Shown here: in pieces, positions 24,519-33,350 of the stretch
Numbering within the stretch: the stretch's first letter is position 1
How the letters are laid out: every line of letters begins with the position of its first letter
Source of the DNA: Acidobacteriota bacterium
Lineage (GTDB): Bacteria > Acidobacteriota > Vicinamibacteria > Vicinamibacterales > SCN-69-37
Length of the DNA stretch: 42,895 nt
Reading direction: 5' to 3'
Assembly: GCA_004297655.1 (NCBI GenBank)
Contig: SCUN01000054.1
Coordinates: 1 to 42,895 of the forward strand
Translations under genes and position numbers: made by a program
Notes under the pieces: generated by a model
What the model saw: the letters and a program-made list of their open reading frames with translations, nothing else
Database searches by the model: none
What the model was told of the DNA's origin: nothing

Positions 24519-25569
24519 AGATGTTCGTCTCGCCTTCCTTGGCGTCGTTGCGATTCGACGCGAAGACGAGCTTCTTGCCGTCGGGCGAGAACATCGCGAA
24601 CCCGTCGAAGGTCTCGTTGAACGTCACCTGCTCGAGCCCGGTGCCGTCGAGGTTCACGAGGAAGAGATCGAAGTTGCGGCCGCGCGGGTCCTTCATGTTC
24701 GACGCGAAGATGATGCGCTTGCCGTCGGGCGTCCAGTACGGCGCCCAGTTCGCCTTGCCGAAGTGGGTCACCTGCTTCTGGTTCTTGCCGTCGCGGTCCA
24801 TGATGAAGACTTCGAGCGACGTCGGCTTCCACGCGGCTTTCTTCAACAGCGCGAAGTACTGATCGAGTTCCGCCCCGGGTCCCGGGTGATATCCGCGCCA
24901 CACGATCTTCGTGCCGTCGGGCGAGAAGAACGGGCCGCCATCCGGGCCGGGCGCGTTGGTCAGGCGCCGGACGTCCGAGCCGTCCGGATTCATCGAGTAG
25001 ATCTCCATGTCGCCGTCGCGCACGCTCGTGAACACGACGCGGCCATCCTTGCCGACCGTCGCTTCGGCGTCGTAGCCCGGCGTCTTCGTGAGTTGCACCG
25101 GGTTCGTGCCATCCGCGTTCGCTTTGAAGATGTCGTACCCGTCGAAGATGCCCCACACGTAACCGAGCGACTGGTCCGGCGGCGCCGGGCACTCCTTCCC
25201 AGCCAGATGCGTGGACGCGTAGAAGATGGACTTGTTGTCCGCCGAGTAATGGCTGCACGTCGTGCGGCCGTCGCCGGTCGACACCAGGCGCTTGTCCGTG
25301 CCGTCGATGTTCATCGAGTAGATCTGGTCGCAACCGTGTCCGAAGGTCGACTGGAACGACAGCCGCTTGCCGTCGAACGAGAAGTAGGCCTCGGCGTTCT
25401 CGCCGCCGTTGGTGAGTTGCTTCAGGCTCGTGAAGTGCGTTTCCTGCGGCAACAGCGTCACCGGTTTCGGAGCCGGCTGCGGCGCCATCGGCGTGCCCGC
25501 GCGCTGCGCGGTCAGGACCACAGTGGCGGAGAGAGCGATCAACGGGAGGGCGCGCAACAGCTTCGACAT
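24496..25569 (-). CDS. Secreted PD40/TolB-like beta-propeller protein
   Basis: Repeated DG..I.F.S.R.G...IY.MN.DG PD40 motifs. Signal peptide MSKLLRALPLIALSATVVLTAQ. The alternative ATG is at 25581. It ends ...IADWKW. Confidence 0.85.
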   Translation of the reverse strand: MSKLLRALPLIALSATVVLTAQRAGTPMAPQPAPKPVTLLPQETHFTSLKQLTNGGENAEAYFSFDGKRLSFQSTFGHGCDQIYSMNIDGTDKRLVSTGDGRTTCSHYSADNKSIFYASTHLAGKECPAPPDQSLGYVWGIFDGYDIFKANADGTNPVQLTKTPGYDAEATVGKDGRVVFTSVRDGDMEIYSMNPDGSDVRRLTNAPGPDGGPFFSPDGTKIVWRGYHPGPGAELDQYFALLKKAAWKPTSLEVFIMDRDGKNQKQVTHFGKANWAPYWTPDGKRIIFASNMKDPRGRNFDLFLVNLDGTGLEQVTFNETFDGFAMFSPDGKKLVFASNRNDAKEGETNIFIADWKW

Positions 25570-25576
25570 GGGATAA

Positions 25577-25584
25577 ATCATACT
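25577..25584. promoter_or_regulatory. AT-rich core with overlapping -10-like hexamers facing both ways (TATGAT minus, CATACT plus)
   Basis: On the minus strand TATGAT is followed by 7 nt and then ATG 25569. On the plus strand CATACT is followed by 8 nt and then ATG 25593. This spacing fits leaderless transcripts. Confidence 0.35.
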
Positions 25585-25592
25585 CAGGGACG

Positions 25593-26663
25593 ATGCGCCG
25601 CATCATCCACGTGGATATGGACGCCTTCTACGCGTCCGTCGAGCAGCGCGACCGCCCCGAGCTCCGGGGCAAACCGGTCGCCGTGGGCGGCCGCCCGGAA
25701 TCGCGCGGCGTCGTGGCGGCCGCCAGCTACGAGGCGCGCAAGTTCGGCGTCCGCTCCGCGATTCCCATGTCCCGCGCCATCCGCCTCTGCCCCCACCTCG
25801 CCATCGTCTCGCCCAGCTTTCACAAGTACCGGGCCGTGTCGCAGCAGGTATTCGAGATCTTCCGGAGCGTGACGCCGCTCGTCGAGGGCTTGTCGCTGGA
25901 CGAGGCGTATCTCGACGTCACGGAGAATGCCTGGAACGAGCCGCTGGGCATGAACGTCGCCAAACGAATCAAGGCCGAGATCAAGCAGGCGACGGGGCTC
26001 ACGGCGTCGGCGGGCGTGGCGCCGAACAAGTTCCTCGCGAAGATCGCGTCGGCGTGGCAGAAACCCGACGGGCTGACGGTCATCGCGCCGGCACGGATGG
26101 AATCGTTTCTCCGCACGTTGCCGGTCGACGCGTTGTGGGGCGTGGGGCCGGTCACGGCCGCGCGGCTTCGCGAGCGCGGCATCACGAAGCTGGTCGATGT
26201 GCGCGCGGCCGACCCGGCGGTGCTGCGCGATGCCGTCGGCGGCCTGGCCGATTGGCTGATCGATCTCTCCAACGGCCGCGATGACCGGCCGGTCACTCCG
26301 GATCGCCAGGCCAAATCGTCGAGCAGCGAAGAGACGTACTCGCACGATCTGGTGGACTACGACGTCATGCAGGAAGAAGTCTCGCTCATGGCGCGAGAGA
26401 ACGCCGAGTGGCTGGCCAAGAACGGCCTGCTCGCCAAGACGGTCACCATCAAAGTCCGCTACAGCGACTTCACGACCATCACGCGGAGCGACACGCGGGC
26501 GCCCACCAACGACGCCGACCAGATCGCCAATCGCGCCGTCGCGCTGCTCGACAAGACGGACGCCCGCAAGCGGCCGGTGCGTCTGCTCGGCGCCGGCGTG
26601 CACGGGCTGGTCGATCCGGAAGAAATTGAAGACGACGAATCGCTGCGGCTGCCGTTTACGTAG
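25593..26663 (+). CDS. dinB: DNA polymerase IV (Y-family)
   Basis: MRRIIHVDMDAFYASVEQRD.P.L.GKPV.VGG......SYEAR.FGV.S..P...A...CP, SLDEAYLDV, AP.KFLAKIAS...KP.G. Confidence 0.93.
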   Translation: MRRIIHVDMDAFYASVEQRDRPELRGKPVAVGGRPESRGVVAAASYEARKFGVRSAIPMSRAIRLCPHLAIVSPSFHKYRAVSQQVFEIFRSVTPLVEGLSLDEAYLDVTENAWNEPLGMNVAKRIKAEIKQATGLTASAGVAPNKFLAKIASAWQKPDGLTVIAPARMESFLRTLPVDALWGVGPVTAARLRERGITKLVDVRAADPAVLRDAVGGLADWLIDLSNGRDDRPVTPDRQAKSSSSEETYSHDLVDYDVMQEEVSLMARENAEWLAKNGLLAKTVTIKVRYSDFTTITRSDTRAPTNDADQIANRAVALLDKTDARKRPVRLLGAGVHGLVDPEEIEDDESLRLPFT

Positions 26664-26683
26664 AGGTACTGAGGAGGTTCGGA

Positions 26684-27223
26684 ATGACCAAGTTACGCGC
26701 CGGTCTCCTGATCGCGGCCGGCATCTTCCTGCTCATCATCGGCATCGTGGGAACGGCCTTCTACTTCAGAATCTACAAACCCGTTGGCGCGCCGCTCATG
26801 GCGATGTCAACGGCCCGCATCCTCGAACAGCGGCGTCTTCAGAACCAGAGCGCCTTCTCCGAGCCCGGCTCGGGTGAGGTTAGCGCCGAGCAGGTGCGGC
26901 GCTTCGTGGCCGTGGAACAGGCGGTCGAGACCACGGTGGCCGGCGGCGCCGCCGCCCTGGCGGCGCAACAGACCGCGATCGAACGCGCCGAGTTCGACTT
27001 CTCGAAGAAGGAATTCGAGTGGGTGCGAAGCCAGCTCTATCTCGGCGCGGGGCTCCGGCTGACGCGGCTGGACGTCTCGGAGATCCTCGACGGAGTTCCG
27101 GACCCCGCGGCCCGCGTGCGCGCGGTGCGCGATGAGCCGGCGCCGGAAGCCAACCGCGCGCTCGCTCAGCCGCTCAAACCGCGGCTGGAGCGATGGCGCG
27201 CGTTCGGGTTCTTCGGGCTGTAA
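26684..27223 (+). CDS. Hypothetical protein with an N-terminal TM anchor
   Basis: 179 aa. GAGGAGG Shine-Dalgarno sequence 6 nt upstream. Good GC3. No family recognised. Confidence 0.65.
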   Translation: MTKLRAGLLIAAGIFLLIIGIVGTAFYFRIYKPVGAPLMAMSTARILEQRRLQNQSAFSEPGSGEVSAEQVRRFVAVEQAVETTVAGGAAALAAQQTAIERAEFDFSKKEFEWVRSQLYLGAGLRLTRLDVSEILDGVPDPAARVRAVRDEPAPEANRALAQPLKPRLERWRAFGFFGL

Positions 27224-27230
27224 TCTCGGC

Positions 27231-27254
27231 GGCGCCCTTCGAGATCAGGGCGCC
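27231..27254. terminator. Hairpin GGCGCCC-N10-GGGCGCC followed by CTACGT (bidirectional terminator, possible degenerate REP member)
   Basis: 7-bp stem spanning the two convergent gene ends. The stop of the PPIase gene, 27245-27247, lies in the loop. The CCTACGT tail matches the type-2 REP units. Confidence 0.4.
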
Positions 27255-28303
27255 CTACGTACTCTCACGCTCACGACCTTGACGGGCTCGGCGGGCGCTT
27301 CGCCGTTCACCGCGACGGCCTCGATGGCCTTCACGACATCGAGGCCGCTCTCGACCTCCGCGAACACCGTGTACTGATTGTCGAGCGCGCGGCACTGCCC
27401 GGTACAAATGAAGAATGACGAGGTCGCGCTGGCCGGGTCGTCGCCGCGTGCCATCGAGACGACGCCCGGCAGATTCGGCGTGGCGGTGAATTCCGGCTGA
27501 AGGTTGTGCACGAGCGCCGCCTGCTTCTGCGTGAGCGGCGTCCCGCGATACGACGGCGATCCCGTTTGAATCACGAAGTCCTTCACGACGCGATGGAACA
27601 GCGTGTCGTCGTACACGCCGGCCTCGGCCATCCGCAGAAAATTCCGAACTGTCTCCGGCGCCAGGTCCGGACGGACCTTGAGCGTGATCTCGCCCTTCGT
27701 CGTCGTGAGGACCGCGCGATACTGCGCCAGCTCCGCGACGGCCTCGGTCGAGAACGGCACGACCGGCGGTGGCGGCGTGTCGCGGATCGTGACGTTCGTG
27801 ATCACGATGCGCTCGGTCGGAAGGCCGTTGGCGTTGGCGGGCGCCGCGGAAATCTCCTGCACGACTTCAATGCCCTCGACGACTTTCGCGAAGATCGTGT
27901 AGTGCCCCGTCAGGCCTTTCTGATCGGTGACGCAGATAAAGAACTGCGCGCCGCCGCTGTCCGGCTTGCCCGGCGCGAGCACCGCCGCCACCGTCCCGGC
28001 CGAGTAGTCGTCATCGGTGAACTCCGCCTTGAGCTGGTTCATGCCGCCGGTGCCGTACTGCGCGACCTTCGCGGGATCTTTCGACAGCGGATCGCCGCCC
28101 TGGATGATGCCGTAGCGGATCACGCGGTGAAAGATCGTGCCGTTGTACCCGCCGGCGCGGGCGGTCTTGATGAACGCCGCGACGTGATTCGGCGCCTTGT
28201 CGGGTAACAACGCCATGACGAACGTCCCCTTGTTCGTCTCGACGACGGCTTGCTGCGGCGGCGCCTGCGCGACGAGGGCAAACAGCCAGAGCAGGAGGGG
28301 CAT
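27245..28303 (-). CDS. Secreted peptidyl-prolyl cis-trans isomerase with two tandem cyclophilin domains
   Basis: Two copies of the cyclophilin core (..T.KG.......D.AP..V..F........Y.GT.FHRV...F..Q.G.P), preceded by a short signal peptide. Confidence 0.9.
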   Translation of the reverse strand: MPLLLWLFALVAQAPPQQAVVETNKGTFVMALLPDKAPNHVAAFIKTARAGGYNGTIFHRVIRYGIIQGGDPLSKDPAKVAQYGTGGMNQLKAEFTDDDYSAGTVAAVLAPGKPDSGGAQFFICVTDQKGLTGHYTIFAKVVEGIEVVQEISAAPANANGLPTERIVITNVTIRDTPPPPVVPFSTEAVAELAQYRAVLTTTKGEITLKVRPDLAPETVRNFLRMAEAGVYDDTLFHRVVKDFVIQTGSPSYRGTPLTQKQAALVHNLQPEFTATPNLPGVVSMARGDDPASATSSFFICTGQCRALDNQYTVFAEVESGLDVVKAIEAVAVNGEAPAEPVKVVSVRVRRAP

Positions 28304-28310
28304 GACGTGA

Positions 28311-28318
28311 ATAATAAT
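28311..28318. promoter_or_regulatory. AT-rich core ATAATAAT in a 21-nt divergent spacer: -10-like hexamers on both strands
   Basis: On the plus strand AATAAT is followed by 6 nt and then ATG 28325. On the minus strand TATTAT is followed by 7 nt and then ATG 28303. Confidence 0.4.
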
Positions 28319-28324
28319 CGCTCT

Positions 28325-29187
<863 letters not shown>

Positions 29188-29188
<1 letters not shown>

Positions 29189-29222
29189 TGGTCAATGGTC
29201 AGTGGTCAATGGCCAATGCTTG
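29188..29222 (+). repeat. Five tandem imperfect heptamers ATGGTCA ATGGTCA GTGGTCA ATGGCCA ATGCTTG at the rhodanese/SufE junction
   Basis: Read directly from the sequence. The period of 7 is not a multiple of 3, so successive copies place ATG/GTG codons in different frames. Confidence 0.8.
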
Positions 29223-29641
29223 ACAGACTGCACGACACGCTCGAGACGTTCGCGACTTTCACGGACACCGCCGACCGCACGAGTCTCCTGCTGAGCTATG
29301 CGGACTTGTACAAGGAGGTGCCGGCGTCGGTGGCGACGCGGCCGTTCGATCGCAGCCACCTCGTGCCGCACTGCGAGTCGGAGGCGTACGTCTGGGCGAA
29401 CAAGCAGCCTGACGGCACGCTGAAGCTGTACTTTGCGGTTGAGAATCCGTCGGGCGTCTCCGCGAAAGCGCTCGCCGCCATTCTCGACCGCTCGCTCTCC
29501 GGTCTGCCCCCATCCGAAATCGCCCAGATCACGCCTGACATCGTCGAGCAGATCTTCCGGCAGAACATCTCGATGGGCAAAGGCATGGGCCTGATGTCGA
29601 TGGTCCAGGCCGTGCGCTCGCTGGCGAAGGCAGTCCAGTAG
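29195..29641 (+). CDS. sufE: SufE-like sulfur acceptor protein
   Basis: VPHCESEAYVW matches the SufE active-site motif (G)C.S.VW. Length and C-terminal helix are consistent with SufE. The true start may be ATG 29216 (MLDRLHD...). Confidence 0.78.
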   Translation: MVSGQWPMLDRLHDTLETFATFTDTADRTSLLLSYADLYKEVPASVATRPFDRSHLVPHCESEAYVWANKQPDGTLKLYFAVENPSGVSAKALAAILDRSLSGLPPSEIAQITPDIVEQIFRQNISMGKGMGLMSMVQAVRSLAKAVQ

Positions 29642-29726
29642 CCGGCGGGCTTCAGCCCGCCGGCGGACCGCCCGAGCTAAAGCTCGGGCCTACGTCCCGT
29701 ACGTAGGCCGGAGCTTCAGCTCCGGC
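29639..29726 (+). repeat. Cluster of four REP-like hairpins between sufE and the M28 peptidase gene
   Basis: H1 is 29641-29664, GCCGGCGGGCttcaGCCCGCCGGC, with the sufE TAG stop immediately upstream (TAGCCG...). H2 is 29670-29689, GCCCGAGCTaaAGCTCGGGC. H3 is 29689-29707, CCTACGTcccgtACGTAGG. H4 is 29707-29726, GCCGGAGCttcaGCTCCGGC. Confidence 0.8.
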
Positions 29727-29740
29727 TTACAATTCGCTTC

Positions 29741-31420
29741 ATGGGTAAATCCGCTCTCGTTGCGATCGTCCTCGCCCTCACCTCCGCGTGTGCCCAGGAA
29801 CCGACGGGTCCGATTGCGGTCAAAGATCTTCCCAACATCGACGCGAACCTCGCGCTCGCCGATATCAAGAAGCTCGCGTCCGACGAATTCGAGGGCCGCG
29901 CGCCCGGATCGAAGGGCGAAGACCTGACGGTGCAGTACCTCACCGAGCAGTTCAAGGCGGCGGGCCTCGAGCCGGGGAATCCCGACGGCACGTGGACGCA
30001 GGCCGTGCCGCTCGTGAGCCTCACGCCGACCGACATCTCGCCGCTCGTCGTCACGGGCAAGGGCGGCAAGACGCACCAGTTCAAGATCCGCGATGAGTTC
30101 GTGCCGTTCAGCCGCCGGGTCACCGACAAGGTCGCGCTCGCGAAGTCCGATCTCGTGTTCGTCGGTTACGGGGTTCAGGCTCCGGAATACAAGTGGGACG
30201 ATTTCGCCGGCATCGACGTCAAGGGCAAGACGATCGTCGTGCTCGTGAACGATCCGCAGGTCACCCTGCCCAATTCTCAATCCCTCGATCCCGCAGTTTT
30301 CAATGGCTCTGCGATGACGTACTACGGCCGGTGGACCTACAAGTTCGACCACGCCGCCGAACTCGGCGCCGCGGGCGTCATCATCGTCCACGAAACGCCG
30401 ACGGCCGGGTATCCGTTCACCGTCGTTCAGGGGTTCGGCGCCGAGCGGTTCAACCTCGTGACGCCGAACAAGAACGCGGACAAGGCCATGGTCGAGTCGT
30501 GGATCTCGCTCGACGCGGCCCGAGAGCTGTTCAAGATGGCGGGCATGAACTACGACGCGGAGAAAACGAAGGCCGCGACGCGCGGATTCAAACCGGTCGC
30601 GATGAATCTCACCGCATCGGTGAACTTCACGCAGAAGATGCGCACGGTGGATTCGCGCAACGTCGTCGCCAAACTGCCGGGCTCGGATCCGAAGCTGAAA
30701 GATGAGTACGTGATCTTCTCCGCGCACTGGGACCACTTCGGCATCGGCGAGCCGGTCAACGGCGACAAGATCTACAACGGCGCGCAGGACAACGCCTCGG
30801 GCACCGCCGGCATCCTCGCGATCGCCCGCGCGATGAAACAGGTCAAGCCCGCGCCGAAGCGGTCGATCCTGTTCCTGGCCGTGACGTCCGAGGAACAAGG
30901 CCTGCTCGGCTCGGAGTACTACGGGAAGTTCCCGCTGTACCCGCTCGATAAGACGCTCGCCGACATCAACGTCGACGACAACCTCTCGCTCATCGGCCGC
31001 ACGTCCGACACGATCGTCATCGGCCTCGGCGCGTCGGATCTCGACGACTACCTCCGCGACGCCGCCGCCGAGCTCGGCAAGTCGCTCAAACCCGACGCCG
31101 AACCGGAGAAGGGCTTCTACTACCGGTCCGATCACTTCAACTTCGCGAAGGTCGGCGTGCCGGCGCTCGATGCCGGCAATGGCGACGATGTGATTGGGAA
31201 GCCGGCGGGGTACGGGCGGCAGAAGAAGGACGACTACACGGCGCATCTCTACCACTCGCCGCAGGATCAGGTGTCGGCCGACTGGGATCTCACCGGCTAC
31301 GCCGAAGACGCGAAGCTGCTCTTCGCCGTCGGGTACCGCGTTGCCCAGGCCGACAAGTTCCCGGAATGGAAAGCCGGCAACGAGTTCAAAGCGATCCGCG
31401 ACAAATCGATGAAGAAATGA
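29741..31420 (+). CDS. M28-family aminopeptidase lipoprotein with a PA domain
   Basis: Lipobox LALTSAC. Zinc ligand motifs HWDHFG, DNASG, SEEQGLLGS, YHSPQD. Confidence 0.88.
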   Translation: MGKSALVAIVLALTSACAQEPTGPIAVKDLPNIDANLALADIKKLASDEFEGRAPGSKGEDLTVQYLTEQFKAAGLEPGNPDGTWTQAVPLVSLTPTDISPLVVTGKGGKTHQFKIRDEFVPFSRRVTDKVALAKSDLVFVGYGVQAPEYKWDDFAGIDVKGKTIVVLVNDPQVTLPNSQSLDPAVFNGSAMTYYGRWTYKFDHAAELGAAGVIIVHETPTAGYPFTVVQGFGAERFNLVTPNKNADKAMVESWISLDAARELFKMAGMNYDAEKTKAATRGFKPVAMNLTASVNFTQKMRTVDSRNVVAKLPGSDPKLKDEYVIFSAHWDHFGIGEPVNGDKIYNGAQDNASGTAGILAIARAMKQVKPAPKRSILFLAVTSEEQGLLGSEYYGKFPLYPLDKTLADINVDDNLSLIGRTSDTIVIGLGASDLDDYLRDAAAELGKSLKPDAEPEKGFYYRSDHFNFAKVGVPALDAGNGDDVIGKPAGYGRQKKDDYTAHLYHSPQDQVSADWDLTGYAEDAKLLFAVGYRVAQADKFPEWKAGNEFKAIRDKSMKK

Positions 31421-31908
31421 CGCGCTGCTCCTGGTGCGGCGACGACCCGCTCTACGTCCGTTACCACGACGAAGAGTGGGGCGTGCCGTCCCACAACGAC
31501 CGGCATCTCTTCGAGATGCTCAACCTCGAGGGCGCGCAGGCGGGCTTGTCGTGGATCACGATCCTTCGGAAGCGTCCGGCTTATCGAAAGGCGTTCGATC
31601 GGTTCGACCCGAAGAAAATTGCGCGCTATGACCGGCGGAAGATCGCGTCTCTGATGAAGAACGAGGGGATCGTCCGTAACCGGCTGAAGATCGAAGGCAC
31701 GGTCAGAAACGCGAAGGCGTTTCTGGCGACGAAGAAGGAATTCGGCACCTTCGACAAGTTCATCTGGCAGTTCACCGACGCCAACGTGATGAGCAAGGCA
31801 CTCAAGAAACGCGGCTTCACCTTTGTCGGCCCGACCATCTGCTACGCCTTCATGCAGGCCGTGGGCATCGTCAACGACCACGCGGCTGACTGCTTCCGGC
31901 GGGCTTAA
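31417..31908 (+). CDS. tag: DNA-3-methyladenine glycosylase I
   Basis: MTRCSWCGDDPLYVRYHDEEWGVP......LFE.L.LEG.QAGLSW.TIL.KR..YR.AF..FD, ...VNDH..DC zinc-snap ligands. The ATG overlaps the peptidase stop (ATGA, 31417-31420). Confidence 0.9.
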   Translation: MTRCSWCGDDPLYVRYHDEEWGVPSHNDRHLFEMLNLEGAQAGLSWITILRKRPAYRKAFDRFDPKKIARYDRRKIASLMKNEGIVRNRLKIEGTVRNAKAFLATKKEFGTFDKFIWQFTDANVMSKALKKRGFTFVGPTICYAFMQAVGIVNDHAADCFRRA

Positions 31909-31938
31909 TTGACAGACCTAAAAGGTCGGAGTTAGTCT
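31909..31938 (+). promoter_or_regulatory. Candidate sigma-70 promoter TTGACA-N18-TAGTCT upstream of the CbiX-like gene
   Basis: Perfect -35 TTGACA at 31909-31914. The spacer contains the inverted repeat GACCTaaaAGGTC. The weak -10 TAGTCT is at 31933-31938, 12 nt before ATG 31951. Confidence 0.4.
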
Positions 31939-31950
31939 GAATGGGCCAAA

Positions 31951-32832
31951 ATGAGAATAGTCTCAGTTTTAGCCCTCTCGGCCTTCCTCACCCTCCCCCC
32001 GGCCCCCGCGCCGGGCATCCTGCTCCTCGCTCACGGCGGCTCGGATGCATGGAACCAGAACGTCCGCGACATCGCTGCCGCCACCGAGCGGGCGATCCCG
32101 ACCGAGGTCGCGCTCGGCATGGCCTCGCGCGCGGAGATTCAGGGCGCGCTCGACCGGCTGGTCGCGCGCGGCGTCACCAGCGTCGTCGCGGTCCCGCTGT
32201 TCGTGTCGTCGCACAGCTCCGTCATCACTTCGACGGAGTACTTGCTCGGACTGCGCGCCGAGATGCCGGACGACTTGAAGATCTTCGCCGCGATGGCGCA
32301 CGGCGGCGGCCACGCAGGCCACGTGATGGCGCCGGACCCGGCGGCCACCACGCCCGTCGTTCGGAACGTGCCCGTGCGGATGTCGCCGGCGCTCGACGCG
32401 CACCCGATTGTGGCCTCGATTCTCGCCGCCCGGGCCGCCAGCATCAGCCGGTCTCCCGAAGATGAAGCAGTGATCATCGTGGCGCACGGGCCTGTCGACG
32501 ATGAAACCAACGCGCGCTGGCTTGCGGATCTTCGCATCACAGCCGGGCGGCTCGCCGCAGCGAAATTCCATTCCGTTGATGCGATCACGGTCCGCGACGA
32601 TGCGCCGGCGGCGATTCGGGACGCGGCAACCGGCGAACTTCGCGCGCTCGTCGAAGAGCGGGCGGCCGGCGGCCGGCGCGTCCTCATCGTGCCGGCGCTG
32701 TTGTCGTTTGGCGGCATCGAAGCCGGCATTCGCAAGCGTCTTGAAGGGCTGGCGTACACGATGACGGATCGCGGACTCGCGCCGGACGATCGCCTCGCGG
32801 CCTGGGTGCTCGAGATGGCCGTCGTGAAATAG
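31951..32832 (+). CDS. CbiX/SirB-like two-domain chelatase-fold protein with a signal-peptide-like N-terminus
   Basis: Two halves with LLLAHGGSD...VVAVPLFVSSH and IIVAHGPVDDE...LIVPALLSFGG, resembling class II chelatase CbiX repeats. A His-rich linker MAHGGGHAGHVM joins them. The assignment is moderate. Confidence 0.5.
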   Translation: MRIVSVLALSAFLTLPPAPAPGILLLAHGGSDAWNQNVRDIAAATERAIPTEVALGMASRAEIQGALDRLVARGVTSVVAVPLFVSSHSSVITSTEYLLGLRAEMPDDLKIFAAMAHGGGHAGHVMAPDPAATTPVVRNVPVRMSPALDAHPIVASILAARAASISRSPEDEAVIIVAHGPVDDETNARWLADLRITAGRLAAAKFHSVDAITVRDDAPAAIRDAATGELRALVEERAAGGRRVLIVPALLSFGGIEAGIRKRLEGLAYTMTDRGLAPDDRLAAWVLEMAVVK

Positions 32833-32873
32833 ACCGCGTGTAACTTTTCGGCCGATCCCGCCTACCTTCTACG

Positions 32874-33347
32874 GTGGCGATGAACGACTTCCACGACCTC
32901 TACGTGCGATACGCGGCTGACGTGCACCGCTTCGTGACGTACCCCTCCGGCGATCCGACGATGGCTGACGACATCACATCGGAGACGTTCCTGAGAGCCT
33001 GGACGTCCGCCGCAGCCATCCGGGAAGCCACGGTCAAGGCCTACCTCTTCACGATCGCCCGCAATCTGTACTTCGCCGAAGCCCGGCGAACGAGCGGGCA
33101 CGCCGATCTGGCCGAAGAAATACCGTCGCCCGAACCCAGCGTGGCCGATCGCGCGGAGCATCGCGCGTCGCTCGACCGCGTGCTGAAGGCATTGCGGGGA
33201 CTGCCCGCCATCGACCGCGCGGCGCTGCTGCTGCGCACGCGCGACGAACTCTCGTACGAAGACATCGCGGCTGCCCTCGATCTCTCGCTCTCGAACGCCA
33301 AGGTCAAAGTCCATCGCGCGCGCATGAAGCTCGCGACGCTGGCATAA
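32874..33347 (+). CDS. ECF-type RNA polymerase sigma factor
   Basis: 157 aa. Region 2 (DDITSETFLRAW, YLFTIARNLY) and region 4 (LSYEDIAAALDLSLSNAKVKVHRAR). GTG start. Confidence 0.88.
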   Translation: MAMNDFHDLYVRYAADVHRFVTYPSGDPTMADDITSETFLRAWTSAAAIREATVKAYLFTIARNLYFAEARRTSGHADLAEEIPSPEPSVADRAEHRASLDRVLKALRGLPAIDRAALLLRTRDELSYEDIAAALDLSLSNAKVKVHRARMKLATLA

Positions 33348-33350
33348 GTC

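Noticed and set aside
29639-29726. A CRISPR array, given the clustered short palindromic repeats.
   Set aside because: The units differ in sequence, abut one another with 0-6 nt between them instead of constant-length unique spacers, and no cas genes are present.
32833-32873. Autoregulated ECF-type promoter (GTAACTT ... TCTA) upstream of the ECF sigma gene.
   Set aside because: The spacing between the AAC-like and TCT-like elements is 19-21 nt, which does not fit the usual 16-17 nt ECF geometry. The evidence is too weak to call.
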